Part shown: positions 19,099-30,152 of the stretch, one piece after another
Layout of the letters: every line of letters begins with the position of its first letter
Numbering within the stretch: position 1 is the stretch's first letter
Origin: a virus
Taxonomy: Duplodnaviria > Caudoviricetes
Virus record (IMG/VR): IMGVR_UViG_3300032038_000001
Location: 128,001 to 192,000 of that record
Direction: 5' to 3' (one strand)
DNA: 64,000 nt
The notes under the pieces: model-generated
Seen by the model: the letters and a program-made list of their open reading frames with translations, nothing else
Told to the model about the DNA's origin: nothing
The model's database searches: none
Program-made: the position numbers and the translations under genes

Positions 19099-20085
19099 TT
19101 ATCCCTCTCCTCCACATATGCCATATAACGAAGAAAGAATAGCTTTTTGCTGATATCTATCATGACAAGCTCGTATATCTTCAAGCATTTTTCTCGTAGA
19201 TGTTTTAGTCATCTGATGTTCGCTGTATTTTCTTAATATTATAACAGATGCTTTAACTGCATCACGTAATATATCAGAAACATATCTATCATTAAGATGC
19301 TCTAATATATATCTCAAGAACCAGATATTATATGAGCAGCAAGGCATGTCAAAATACATCTCAGTCTCATTGATTTCGTTATTATCAATGATTGATAACC
19401 AGTCATCAATTAAGTAGTCGATAATTGTATCAGTATTCATCGATGTATTGAACGATAATTTTATTATCTCGTTCCATGTTGAGTCGAGATACTCGTCGAT
19501 TTTTTCTAATCTACGAGCAAGTTCATTTCTTATCGTATAAATACTTATGCGAAGAAATTTATTTAATTGGTTCAATACAATATCATTGTATACTGTATCA
19601 AAGTATTCCCTTTCACGGGGATTTAAGTAGGTATCTCTAAAATTCGAGATACTTTCAGAGACATGTGCCTTTCTGCATACTTCATCAATTTTACATATAA
19701 TTGACGAAATATCATTCCGATATTGCTGATTCATTTTAATCATTGCTTCCGTAGCATATGGTTTTTTCATCGATTTTATCAGTTTCACAATCTCGTTACG
19801 TATTTCAACGTAAATAGTATCGATAACTTCCGAAGAATATGAAACATTATTATTATCTTCATTATTAAAGAGAGCATTGATGAAACTCTCTATGCTGTCA
19901 GCAGTATCTGATTCTCCTGAAATGTGAATCAAATTTAGAATTATTGACTCATCCGTTGTGTTTGATGCTTTCTTCGGACGAGACTCAATTTTCATATTGA
20001 GTTTTTGCAGAGCTTCGATCAATGCTGTAAAAAGCATTCCATTATTATTAATTCCATTATTATTATTTGAATTTTCTTTCGACAT
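19099..20085 (-). CDS. hypothetical protein
   Basis: 328 aa, AAAGGA RBS. Confidence 0.7.
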   Translation of the reverse strand: MSKENSNNNNGINNNGMLFTALIEALQKLNMKIESRPKKASNTTDESIILNLIHISGESDTADSIESFINALFNNEDNNNVSYSSEVIDTIYVEIRNEIVKLIKSMKKPYATEAMIKMNQQYRNDISSIICKIDEVCRKAHVSESISNFRDTYLNPREREYFDTVYNDIVLNQLNKFLRISIYTIRNELARRLEKIDEYLDSTWNEIIKLSFNTSMNTDTIIDYLIDDWLSIIDNNEINETEMYFDMPCCSYNIWFLRYILEHLNDRYVSDILRDAVKASVIILRKYSEHQMTKTSTRKMLEDIRACHDRYQQKAILSSLYGICGGEG

Positions 20086-20182
20086 TTTTAACCATTCCTT
20101 TCATTTTTATTTCATTAAACTTGTTCGTAAAACAAGTTTAATGAAATGTATTTTTATTTATAAAAATACATATGTAATGATA

Positions 20183-20668
20183 TTATCTGCAACCAACCGC
20201 AAAGATATCATCACAAAATGTTTCATCCTCATATTCGTCAATGTTTTTCATAATCTTACGATTATAGTATTTATCATTACTATATGATGGATTAGTACAA
20301 ACCATTACAAAACCATCTCGTGAATAAATATCTGAAATCAGTTCACGGTTTGACTCTAGCACAGTTCGTGATATTCGTCCTTTTATGACGACTTTTAAGT
20401 TTGTGTTAGCAAAGCATCTTCTACCAGCATGAACTATAAGTTCACACTCGGTCGGTAATATTATTTTTGTGAGCTTTTCGCAACCGAAAAATGCTCGTTT
20501 TCCTATTACCAGCTTTTTAGTCTCGATTCTTGATAAATCGAGTTCTTTGATATAGTCTCGTCCGAAGAAAGCCATATCACCGATCTCGGTTGTCGTCAAT
20601 GGAAACCTCAAAACACCGTGGTTATCCATCATTTCAGGGTCGTACTTTTTGATAATCATTTTAATCAC
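20183..20668 (-). CDS. short degenerate BspA-type LRR protein
   Basis: EIGDMAFFG, IGKRAFFGCEKLTKIILP, RRCFANTNL. Confidence 0.65.
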   Translation of the reverse strand: MIKMIIKKYDPEMMDNHGVLRFPLTTTEIGDMAFFGRDYIKELDLSRIETKKLVIGKRAFFGCEKLTKIILPTECELIVHAGRRCFANTNLKVVIKGRISRTVLESNRELISDIYSRDGFVMVCTNPSYSNDKYYNRKIMKNIDEYEDETFCDDIFAVGCR

Positions 20669-20782
20669 TCTCTTTTCATATTAAATTTTGACATTCGTCA
20701 ATAATGATTACCAATAAAATAATATATAAATAATTATAAAAAAGCTAAGTGAAAGATATATCTTTCACTTAGCTTTTTAAAT

Positions 20783-22504
20783 TTAATAATTAGAGCATTT
20801 ATCAAAATCAAAAGGCTCGAAGTCATCATCGTAATTACTTACATACTGTTTTTTCTTTTTATTATTTTTTTCAGGTTCTTTTGTTTCTCTATTGATAGCA
20901 TTAGTACGTCCTCTCTTATCATCGACCGCTTCAAACTGGGTACTGAGAGATTCAAGTGACAATGCTTTAGGTTTATCAATATCATCTATAAGTCGTATTT
21001 CATTTCCTGGTTCAAACGGATGATTAAAATATTCAAGTCTTCTCAGTTTTTCATTCTCCTCAGAAGACCTATATCGACGTTTGAGTAACTTAAATGTTAA
21101 ATATAATTCGTTAGTATCAGATTTAACTTCAGGATTTACTATAATAACAACATCGCTGTTTTCTATAATCTCCCACGAACCAGCTATTGCATCTCGTCCA
21201 ACAAGTCTTGTAACATCTTCTTTTTTAGCTTGTAATGCTGCATCAACTACTGATGCACCGACTCTGTTAAGCTGTTGAGCAGATATTACTACTATATCAA
21301 AAAACTTTGCAAGTTCCTTTAATTCATTTGTAATATTTTTAAGTTCCGTCTTTTCATCTGATGCTCTTTCAGCTGGTCTTATACGTTTCATATAGTCAAG
21401 AACTAATGCTATAACTTCAACACCCTCATCAGACAAATCGTTTATAATTGTATACAAATCATTTGTATCGAGTTCTCGATTCTTAAATTCTTTGATGATA
21501 ATATCTATATTATCATCATCAGATAATCTAAGACCACCTTTATCACGCATTTTCTTCTTTATTTGTTTAGCTGAATAATTTCTAATATCATCGCTATCAA
21601 CACACATGTTGTATATACGTTCAATAGTCTCTGGTATATCATTCTCAAGCGTTAAGAAAAGAACAGCCGGTCTCTTATCAGGGTCTTTTGTTTTAATTCC
21701 CTTATTATATTTACGAATATCCATTGCTGACTTAAGAAGAATGGTAGATTTACCTTTACCTGGAAAAGCAAGATATGTATACAATCTTTTACTCAAGTAT
21801 CCTGGTGCAAGAATAGTATTCCACCGTTTTATTCCAGTTACAAATATTCTATTTCTATCCTTAAGTTTTTGAACAGCATCATCAATGACTGCTTCGAATT
21901 GTTCATCTGCAAGAGAGAATGTCTGATCTGAACCAAGACTCGAATTACCTCTCTTTATATTTATTACAGCAGTTGCAATGTTATATAAATCTTCACTTAC
22001 TGCTTTATATGATTTAAAATCCCCTTCATCAATAGAATTGAGAATTTGTTTCATAACATCTTTTACTGTAATAGTATATCCAAACTCTAATGTATCATCA
22101 ATCTTTTTTATCAGGTATTTTGATTCATCATGAGATATTTTTTTAGTTGCTAAAGTTGTATTTAATATCTCTGATTTATATGAATCACACTCTATATCAT
22201 CAAGACAATACTGCTTCAAGTTATCATTGTCTTCAAAACCATCAACTAACTTACCATAAAGAGTCTTTCTTACTATCCATATTCTTGCCTCTAATGCTGG
22301 TTCATTTTCATAAACAGACATATCTAAGTTATTAAATAACTTATAAATATTTGTCAGTGTTTTTCGTGTTCGTAAAACACTATCTTTATATATAAACGAT
22401 ATTACCATATTAAGAGTTGTAATATCAAATTTAATTTTTAAAGGTTTTAGCTTAATATCCTTTACTGAAAGATATTTTTTCATTGTTGGTTTTTCAAATT
22501 CCAT
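20783..22504 (-). CDS. dnaB: DnaB-like (SF4) replicative helicase
   Basis: Walker A AFPGKGKS, FLTLEN, VLDY, SAQQLNR, IENSD; start re-called at ATG22504; AACA-N6-TA at 22536-22547. Confidence 0.88.
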   Translation of the reverse strand: MEFEKPTMKKYLSVKDIKLKPLKIKFDITTLNMVISFIYKDSVLRTRKTLTNIYKLFNNLDMSVYENEPALEARIWIVRKTLYGKLVDGFEDNDNLKQYCLDDIECDSYKSEILNTTLATKKISHDESKYLIKKIDDTLEFGYTITVKDVMKQILNSIDEGDFKSYKAVSEDLYNIATAVINIKRGNSSLGSDQTFSLADEQFEAVIDDAVQKLKDRNRIFVTGIKRWNTILAPGYLSKRLYTYLAFPGKGKSTILLKSAMDIRKYNKGIKTKDPDKRPAVLFLTLENDIPETIERIYNMCVDSDDIRNYSAKQIKKKMRDKGGLRLSDDDNIDIIIKEFKNRELDTNDLYTIINDLSDEGVEVIALVLDYMKRIRPAERASDEKTELKNITNELKELAKFFDIVVISAQQLNRVGASVVDAALQAKKEDVTRLVGRDAIAGSWEIIENSDVVIIVNPEVKSDTNELYLTFKLLKRRYRSSEENEKLRRLEYFNHPFEPGNEIRLIDDIDKPKALSLESLSTQFEAVDDKRGRTNAINRETKEPEKNNKKKKQYVSNYDDDFEPFDFDKCSNY

Positions 22505-22609
22505 AATTTCAAATAACTCTCCTTTCAAGAAAGTTTAATTTTTTGTTAGACCAACAATAAAAAGAAGTTACGCTAGAAAATCCAGCGTAACTTCATTATT
22601 AGTTATTTT

Positions 22610-23077
22610 TTATGTTGTTTTAGGAACCTTTACAACATATGTATTTATTTCCCATTCATCATTAGGATCATATGCTGCAAGATCACCAATTTTAATCATT
22701 GATACAGGATCAAAATTTTCTTCACCATTTGCAACGATTTTTCTTGCGCCTAAATTTTTAATTAAATCATCAGGAAGTGATGAATATTTATTATATTTAT
22801 AATCGACATCATCTTTTTTAGGTTTATTAATTTCAGCAAGGAAGTAAAAACCCGGTTCTGCTTCTGATGGTTCCATTGTTGATAAAATTACTTGTCCACT
22901 ATTGTTAAGACGAGATGTGTTATTATCAACATTCGTTTGTAAACTGTCAAGATATTCATGTAACGTTTGTTCATCATCATAAACGACAGCATCAACATCT
23001 GTAACTACAGCTATATCTATTCGATTACCTTGATCATCTGCAGGTGTTTGCATCCTGCCACGCATTTTTTGTGCCAT
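22610..23077 (-). CDS. putative virion/tail-associated protein
   Basis: 155 aa, last gene of the late operon starting at 28350. Confidence 0.55.
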   Translation of the reverse strand: MAQKMRGRMQTPADDQGNRIDIAVVTDVDAVVYDDEQTLHEYLDSLQTNVDNNTSRLNNSGQVILSTMEPSEAEPGFYFLAEINKPKKDDVDYKYNKYSSLPDDLIKNLGARKIVANGEENFDPVSMIKIGDLAAYDPNDEWEINTYVVKVPKTT

Positions 23078-23093
23078 ATTTTATTTCACCTCT

Positions 23094-23336
23094 TTATACT
23101 ATTCTTCCACACAGATTGCGAATTTCCTCTTCATTTAAAACGACAGTATCAGTTTCTAATAAATGAAATGGAGCACCATACGTAGTTATATCTTCCTGCA
23201 CAACCGATGGTGCATTTAATATAGCACCGTAACGTGTTATTGGCATAAGAACACGTTCAGTTCTATCTGAGTCATGCCCATGCATTAAAATATCAGTAAC
23301 CTTATCCGGTATATATCTTATTCGTTTATTAGCCAT
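23094..23336 (-). CDS. hypothetical protein
   Basis: 80 aa, GGAGGG RBS. Confidence 0.65.
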   Translation of the reverse strand: MANKRIRYIPDKVTDILMHGHDSDRTERVLMPITRYGAILNAPSVVQEDITTYGAPFHLLETDTVVLNEEEIRNLCGRIV

Positions 23337-23356
23337 TTTTTATCCCTCCAATAAAA

Positions 23357-23830
23357 TCAATTGCCTGAAGGATCTTCTTCAACAATTTCAGCTGTAACAA
23401 CTGCACCCTCTTTGATATCATATACTCTAAGAGATGCATCGGATGTCATTATAGAATCATAGATAACTCCAGCTTCATCCATATACAATGTAGCTTCATT
23501 TATTAATGTTAACTGTTTTGTTTCTCCACTATCATGAGGATAATCAATACCATTAAAATAAATTGCAACGATTTTTCCATCTTCGATTATTCGATAAATG
23601 GTTCCAGGTATCCATTCTATAAGTGCATCATACTCTTCTTGAGTCATATCAATGAACGGTAAAACTGTTACAGTATAATATTGCTTGATTTTTATTATCC
23701 ATAATAAATCAAGTCTTCCCATAGATAATGGGTATTTACATGTACGTTTTGAAGAATAATCAGGTACTATTAGATAGTCATTTAATCTATCTTCTTCCAT
23801 AGTTAAGTTGTTAATTTCAAGTACAGTCAT
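23357..23830 (-). CDS. putative tail-fibre-associated protein
   Basis: MTQEEYDAL...GTIYRI motif seen in phage fibre proteins. Confidence 0.5.
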   Translation of the reverse strand: MTVLEINNLTMEEDRLNDYLIVPDYSSKRTCKYPLSMGRLDLLWIIKIKQYYTVTVLPFIDMTQEEYDALIEWIPGTIYRIIEDGKIVAIYFNGIDYPHDSGETKQLTLINEATLYMDEAGVIYDSIMTSDASLRVYDIKEGAVVTAEIVEEDPSGN

Positions 23831-23833
23831 ATT

Positions 23834-25177
23834 TTATTCACCTCCATCATTAGTGTTAGTTTCACTAGACGGATTCTGTTCAGTATCATCGGGGTCTTCT
23901 GATGTATCATCTGGTACATCTATAATTTCACCCTCTTCAAGATAGATATCTTTCTTGACTGTAATATCAGTATTAATATCAACATAACCAAAGTTATTTT
24001 TAGAAATAATCATCTCAAGTTCCTTAAGGTCAGATTCTGAATTATGATTAACAACTTCTCCTTTTAGACCAATGGTTCTAACCATTTCAGCCCAAACTGC
24101 ATTAGCTCCCCATTCTTCATCGTTTGGTCTAGCTGACGATTGAATAAATTCGGAAGCTCTCTTGAGTTTTGCCATTTTTGTCATATACCGTCTAATATAT
24201 GGTATATCTAAAAACCCGACAGTAACTTCATTACCTAAAAGTCTTAAATCTTTATAAGTATCAACGAAACTAACGATATTTGCCCATTGACAATATACTT
24301 TGCCATCTGGACAAAGATATTCACTTACAGATTCAAGAACTGTAGTGTCATCGTCAAGACCGGTAATATCCGAAGACAATGTTTGTACAAAATGCATTTT
24401 ATAATAATCAAGTTTAGTTATTATAACTTTAGCAGAATCGTATCCGTATGGGTATCTTTCAGTAATATTCTTTGGGAATAAAACACAGCATCCCTCATTA
24501 AATCTGATATAATCAGTTGCATCGTATGTTGTAGTAGAACCATCGAGTGTAATCGAAATTTTATAACTAAGTATTATATCAGAATCTTTCCATTTTTCAA
24601 TAGTTTGAAATTTTCTTTGTTCAGCTTTAATGGCTGGGTCGCTACCATCATAATTACATATATATTCATCATATAAATTAGAAAGTATGCGAACGATAGT
24701 TTTATCAGCATCTCGTGTTGTGGGCGTTATAAAGAATCCGTTACATTCGCCTGAAATATTGAATGATAACGTATTCCTTAAGTCTACTCCACTTGCACCT
24801 TCTGATGCTATTTCAGTATTATTTGATACTAGTATATCATTTGGTACGTCCTTATTTATAGTCACGAGGTCATAATTAGTTGAAACATAGTACGCATTAT
24901 TATTTTTTCCAGGATATGTAAAATCCTCATTGTTTGTTAAAAGGATTCGTAATTCCAATACCTGGTCGTAAGCATATTTCTTATTTTGTTCAAAACTAAG
25001 TACACGACCATCAACAGGTCTCTTTATAAAAAGTTCACCTGTCATCTTATCCATGAGAGCTTCGCCCTCTACTGAATAATCACGATATTCATGACTAAGA
25101 AACGTCGTTGCAAATCGTATATCCGGCTTTGAGACATATGTTGGTCTATCGGCATGATCGATTAATCTTACCGGCAT
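23834..25177 (-). CDS. putative virion structural protein
   Basis: 447 aa, coupled to the upstream 1057-aa gene. Confidence 0.55.
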   Translation of the reverse strand: MPVRLIDHADRPTYVSKPDIRFATTFLSHEYRDYSVEGEALMDKMTGELFIKRPVDGRVLSFEQNKKYAYDQVLELRILLTNNEDFTYPGKNNNAYYVSTNYDLVTINKDVPNDILVSNNTEIASEGASGVDLRNTLSFNISGECNGFFITPTTRDADKTIVRILSNLYDEYICNYDGSDPAIKAEQRKFQTIEKWKDSDIILSYKISITLDGSTTTYDATDYIRFNEGCCVLFPKNITERYPYGYDSAKVIITKLDYYKMHFVQTLSSDITGLDDDTTVLESVSEYLCPDGKVYCQWANIVSFVDTYKDLRLLGNEVTVGFLDIPYIRRYMTKMAKLKRASEFIQSSARPNDEEWGANAVWAEMVRTIGLKGEVVNHNSESDLKELEMIISKNNFGYVDINTDITVKKDIYLEEGEIIDVPDDTSEDPDDTEQNPSSETNTNDGGE

Positions 25178-28100
25178 TACGTATACACCTCCAACTCATC
25201 TTTTTCTAAGTCATCTTTGACATATTTATCAATTGTCTTTTCTGTTGCAATCTCAATATCCATACCAAGTATTTCGTGTGTAAGTTCATTGAGATGTCCA
25301 ACTGCATAAACTAATTGTGCATTATCATCGCCGTCTTCTGGACCATAAAACGTTAAATCTGGATTAAGGCATAATGCATCAATATATGCTGAACGTCTTG
25401 CATATGCATTTGGCTCATCGCTGTATGTTGCATTAGTTGGTGATGTAATATATTGGTTATATATATCAGTATACCAATCTAATAATACTAATAACGAAAA
25501 TTGTGTTATATCAGGATTAACAAATGTTTTTGGTATCAATTCTTCATAATAGAACATATCAAAGATATAATAGATATATTTATCTGTAATTCCTGGATAT
25601 TCTTCTTTTTCTTCATCGTTAGTATTTTCACCAATTATCATATCGTCTTCTTTATTATTTTCGATTACAAAATCTAAAAGCTTTCGCTTCTCTTCTTCTG
25701 TAACATATCTTTTTTTAATCAGTTCATCTATACTGAAAAAGAATTGTTTTTCAGTATAATTAACACCATAATATTCATAATCTCGTTCTTTTTCAAAGAT
25801 TAATAAATTATATGATGACTTAATATTGACAAATTTAATAGTCCATGGGTCAATTGTAATAACATTGTTCAAACTTAATTTTCTACCATTTAAATATACG
25901 TCATAGTACCGTATATCAAACGGTTTATTGATTATATTTCTTAAGTCAAAAAGTTCATTAGTCGGTGATATATCTTCTTGATAATATATTTGAGTATATC
26001 TATACGGACTTACATCAATATATATAACATCATCCTTATGCATTTCATATATGAAACGTATCCTAGGATAATGATACATTGGATAGAACACATATTTTTC
26101 TCTTGGCATGATACGTCCATTAACATATACTCTGATAAAATCTTTATGGTAACCAAAAGTATTATCTACAAATTCCAGATAGACTTCACCATCACGAGGA
26201 ACAACATAGCGAATACCCTCAGCTGATTTTGATAATCTTATTTTTAATGGTTTACCAACCAACATTTCATCATTAGTCTTAATTTTAAATTTATTAAGAT
26301 TAACAAACCGTAACCTTTTTTCAGCACTACCATTTGATGTTTTAAACTCTCCGTAGTTATTGATAACTTTAATATCAAAAAATGATGGATCATATCTATG
26401 AATAATACCAGTATCAATATCATCGTACATAACGAAGTCAGCATTAGTTGGTATTGTATTCGGGTCATTAGATGCAAATGTTATTGTTTTTTCATCATCA
26501 AGTGACTCAAATTCAATTTCTTTATCAAAATAAAATCTATTTACATATTCAATTTCAATAAAACTGTTCTCAGTAATAAATGATTGTGGAATATATAGAT
26601 ATTCAGCAAATTCATTACGTTTTTGAATAAGGTCTTTCATAACAAATAAGCCATCAATAAAAACACGAATATTAACATGATGGTCATCTTCCTCATTGTT
26701 AAGTAAACTGAATACGTAACAAGGTTTGTCAAATATTATAGGATTAATATCATCAGGAAATTCCTCAGTAGTATCTTCTCGTATTCTAGACTCAAGATCT
26801 ATCGTATTAGTAAAGATATATGCTGAGACGCCTTTCTTCTTTTGTTCCATGACATAATCCCTAAGGATAAATGGTTCATGTTTTATAAAGTCAATTAATA
26901 CTTCACTTTTATATTCAACAGATTTACCATTCCATATATTAACTTTATGGTCGTTAAAATTATGGATTAAATCCAAATCTTTATATCTATGAATATAACT
27001 ATAATATGTCAAAATATGAAGTAACATATCATAGAAATCTTCTTGATCTTCACTATCAGGATAGAGAATTATTTCTCCTCTATATAATTTATCTACATTC
27101 TCTTCAAGATTTGAAAGTAAATTATCACATTTTAATGATAAAAAATAAAAGAAGAAATCATGAATACACGTATAATGAAGTTTATAACCATGATGATAAA
27201 AATAATATAATTTATATATATCTCCATCTTCTTGCGTTTCATCATTAATGTGATAAAATGTTGGGTAATATAAATCTATATTATCTACATTATGTAAAAT
27301 TTCATATCCCTGTGATGATGCGGGCTTTTTTAAAAGAATACAGTTTTCAATTGGTATGGGCATATTAAACGGCTTGGCCGTTTCTTTATCTTTTAAAATA
27401 CAAGCTATATTAACCTCACCATTAACAGATGTTGCATAATCGTTGCCTGTATAATATATATGCTTATGTAAATCTTTTAAGAAGAAGATTGAGATGTAAA
27501 AAGCAGAATCAACGTTATCAAGTATTTCAGCTATGTCATCTGTTACTGTACCTCTATAACCTTTATCAGTTTTTTCAAGTTCGATAAGCATTGTTCCTGT
27601 TTCATAATTTTTCTTCCTTTTATCGGGTATATGAATACTACAAAACATTATTCCATCATCCGTGGGGAATGGTTTATAAGTTGTAGACTCAGTCGTTGCA
27701 GTAGGTGATTTAATAGTATATGTTTTGGTCATTTCATCGGTGATGATAAATGACTTATTACTATATTCTATTATAGGTTTCTTAACATTGATTCTCTGAT
27801 AATAGATATTATCAACTATCAGAATTTTTAATTTATGTGGATTATATATTCTTTTATCATTTTCAATATTTCTTTCATATTGAAAAATAAAATTACTTGA
27901 CATAGGTAAATAAACCGTTGCATATTCATCAGTTATGAATATATTATAATCCCATATAGTATGATTATCAATTATTATTATCGGAATTTTTTTAAATAAT
28001 TCTGGATGATTTATAATATCAATATATGAAATTTTTGTTTTATAAAATTTACTTTTACGATATTCATTTTCATCACATATATTTATCATTTCTCGACCAA

Positions 28101-28350
28101 TGTCAAAACACGGTTTATATGATTTATCAAAATAAAGCCTATGTAGACCTTTGGTGTTCTCATCACTTTTTATTAAATCTATAGAATATTCCTTATTTCC
28201 TACTAGTTCATGCTGTGTATGAGCTAAATAAGAAAATGAATTATCCCATGTCTTTTTCAATGCTAAATGAGTGGATAATTCACCAAATGAATTATTGACA
28301 AAAGCTCTTCGTATATATTTATATAAGAGCTCAGGTGAATCAATCGACAT
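25177..28350 (-). CDS. large putative baseplate/virion structural protein
   Basis: 1057 aa; repeated beta motifs RVFIDGL, RVYVNGR, DVYLNGRKL; AACA-N6-TA at 28385-28396. Confidence 0.6.
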   Translation of the reverse strand: MSIDSPELLYKYIRRAFVNNSFGELSTHLALKKTWDNSFSYLAHTQHELVGNKEYSIDLIKSDENTKGLHRLYFDKSYKPCFDIGREMINICDENEYRKSKFYKTKISYIDIINHPELFKKIPIIIIDNHTIWDYNIFITDEYATVYLPMSSNFIFQYERNIENDKRIYNPHKLKILIVDNIYYQRINVKKPIIEYSNKSFIITDEMTKTYTIKSPTATTESTTYKPFPTDDGIMFCSIHIPDKRKKNYETGTMLIELEKTDKGYRGTVTDDIAEILDNVDSAFYISIFFLKDLHKHIYYTGNDYATSVNGEVNIACILKDKETAKPFNMPIPIENCILLKKPASSQGYEILHNVDNIDLYYPTFYHINDETQEDGDIYKLYYFYHHGYKLHYTCIHDFFFYFLSLKCDNLLSNLEENVDKLYRGEIILYPDSEDQEDFYDMLLHILTYYSYIHRYKDLDLIHNFNDHKVNIWNGKSVEYKSEVLIDFIKHEPFILRDYVMEQKKKGVSAYIFTNTIDLESRIREDTTEEFPDDINPIIFDKPCYVFSLLNNEEDDHHVNIRVFIDGLFVMKDLIQKRNEFAEYLYIPQSFITENSFIEIEYVNRFYFDKEIEFESLDDEKTITFASNDPNTIPTNADFVMYDDIDTGIIHRYDPSFFDIKVINNYGEFKTSNGSAEKRLRFVNLNKFKIKTNDEMLVGKPLKIRLSKSAEGIRYVVPRDGEVYLEFVDNTFGYHKDFIRVYVNGRIMPREKYVFYPMYHYPRIRFIYEMHKDDVIYIDVSPYRYTQIYYQEDISPTNELFDLRNIINKPFDIRYYDVYLNGRKLSLNNVITIDPWTIKFVNIKSSYNLLIFEKERDYEYYGVNYTEKQFFFSIDELIKKRYVTEEEKRKLLDFVIENNKEDDMIIGENTNDEEKEEYPGITDKYIYYIFDMFYYEELIPKTFVNPDITQFSLLVLLDWYTDIYNQYITSPTNATYSDEPNAYARRSAYIDALCLNPDLTFYGPEDGDDNAQLVYAVGHLNELTHEILGMDIEIATEKTIDKYVKDDLEKDELEVYT

Positions 28351-28473
28351 TATTTTTTCCTCCTCTCATCATATTCTTGACTATTAAGGAAATGTTTCCA
28401 CATTACCTTTCACATAGAAAATGTTGATAAAAACAATGTTTTAATAAAAAAATCCATTGAAAATAAACGAAAG

Positions 28474-29451
28474 GTGGATAAAAATATGGCTTATTTTACC
28501 GAAGGATCGTTACATGATACAGTTCTTTTTAATACTATAAATAAATCATCAAAGGTTATAACAATGATTGGTGAATATATGAAGAGCGGTACTGTAATAG
28601 ATTCATCTTATATCGAAGAACAACTTATTCAGATACAGAAAACACGTATCTCACCATTGGCTGATAAAGTCATAAAAGCATATGAAAAAAAAGATATAAT
28701 CATAGTACACTCAAAAACTATAAAGATACCTCAGCCAATTCCATTTATAATTCTTAAACTTCAAGGAACTATGAAGGCTGTTATCTTTATCAATAACTAT
28801 GGCACACTTATTGAAAATCATAAGGTTGGTAATGCTGTTTACTTAAATACTCCAATGAAAGACCTTTATACTTTAATGGAAGGCGCATATGTCGCATTAC
28901 AATATGCTATATATCCTATAGGTATAACTAAGAATCTGGGTTTAATGAAATTATCAAATTCAATATATACTCAGATGTTTATGCGAATTCTTAATAAAGA
29001 ATATGCAATAAGTATGGAAAAAGAAATAGCAGATAGAATGTCATTTGTTGTATCTAGGTTTTTCTTAGATAATGTATGGGAAAGTGTAAATAAAGATATT
29101 AACACCTCATATGCAATAAATAATATTCTTACTCCAAATAAATCAGATTTAATTCTTATTTCTGAAATGTATAATGAAGCAGCTATAACAAATATAGAAG
29201 AATTAATAGCATTCATGAAAACTATAACAATGAGAGTTGAAAAACTCAATATGCGTTATTTTACTCAATGTTGGCTTAATACATATAAGTCACCTGCATT
29301 ATTTAGTATGGAGTGCTTACCATACTTCTTATTTACAACAGAAGCTGCATTAATAGGTAGCTTTATAGTTAATCAACCAATCTTATCAGATATGTATAAA
29401 AATATCAAGGGAATGAATACATTCTATCTTGAACTGACTAAAACTGTATAA
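28474..29451 (+). CDS. hypothetical late protein
   Basis: 325 aa ORF (likely start MAYFTEG); AACA-N6-TA at 28432-28443. Confidence 0.7.
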   Translation: MDKNMAYFTEGSLHDTVLFNTINKSSKVITMIGEYMKSGTVIDSSYIEEQLIQIQKTRISPLADKVIKAYEKKDIIIVHSKTIKIPQPIPFIILKLQGTMKAVIFINNYGTLIENHKVGNAVYLNTPMKDLYTLMEGAYVALQYAIYPIGITKNLGLMKLSNSIYTQMFMRILNKEYAISMEKEIADRMSFVVSRFFLDNVWESVNKDINTSYAINNILTPNKSDLILISEMYNEAAITNIEELIAFMKTITMRVEKLNMRYFTQCWLNTYKSPALFSMECLPYFLFTTEAALIGSFIVNQPILSDMYKNIKGMNTFYLELTKTV

Positions 29452-29465
29452 AGGAGGGATATATA

Positions 29466-30107
29466 ATGTCTATAGATCCTTCAAAAAATCCTAATTATAA
29501 TTGTAAACGAGGATGGATAATAAGTATGGATGAAGCTGGGGGATATGTACCTTTCTTCGTACGTGTTCGCTCAGAAGATATAATGTGGACAACAAAAGCA
29601 ATAGATAGATATTATTCATCTATTGAGCGAAACCTACGTAATTTTGGTTATACATATAATGCAGATATCCAAAATCCATCAGCTGAAATGGTTGTAAATG
29701 TTGGTAATTGGACATATTATATTAAACCCAATGGACAATTCAGAGCAAAGTATATTGGTATTCCCAGCACGAGTGATTATTCAATTATCAAAACACCAGT
29801 ATCGCTAGATAGAGATGTTACTGCTGGTGCTAACTTAAGAATAGACCTACCTTTAGCATCTGTAAAATCAGATACCATGATTATAGGTAATATGGATCCT
29901 ATTGGTTCATGTTATACATATTTCAAGGGAGCACGTCATAAATCATATTCAATAGGTAAAATTATTGATACTATCGATATATCAATAAGATGTACATATG
30001 ACTTGGAAGTTGTTTCTGATTTTAATGCACGAGCTATTGATACTATGATTGAAACAGGAGAAGGGGTAGTTGTTTCTATTTATATGGAAGGCACTATCTC
30101 AATATAA
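29466..30107 (+). CDS. hypothetical protein
   Basis: 213 aa, AAGGAGG RBS. Confidence 0.7.
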   Translation: MSIDPSKNPNYNCKRGWIISMDEAGGYVPFFVRVRSEDIMWTTKAIDRYYSSIERNLRNFGYTYNADIQNPSAEMVVNVGNWTYYIKPNGQFRAKYIGIPSTSDYSIIKTPVSLDRDVTAGANLRIDLPLASVKSDTMIIGNMDPIGSCYTYFKGARHKSYSIGKIIDTIDISIRCTYDLEVVSDFNARAIDTMIETGEGVVVSIYMEGTISI

Positions 30108-30152
30108 AATAATAGAGAATGAGCTTTATAGCTCATTCTCTATTATTTTTTT

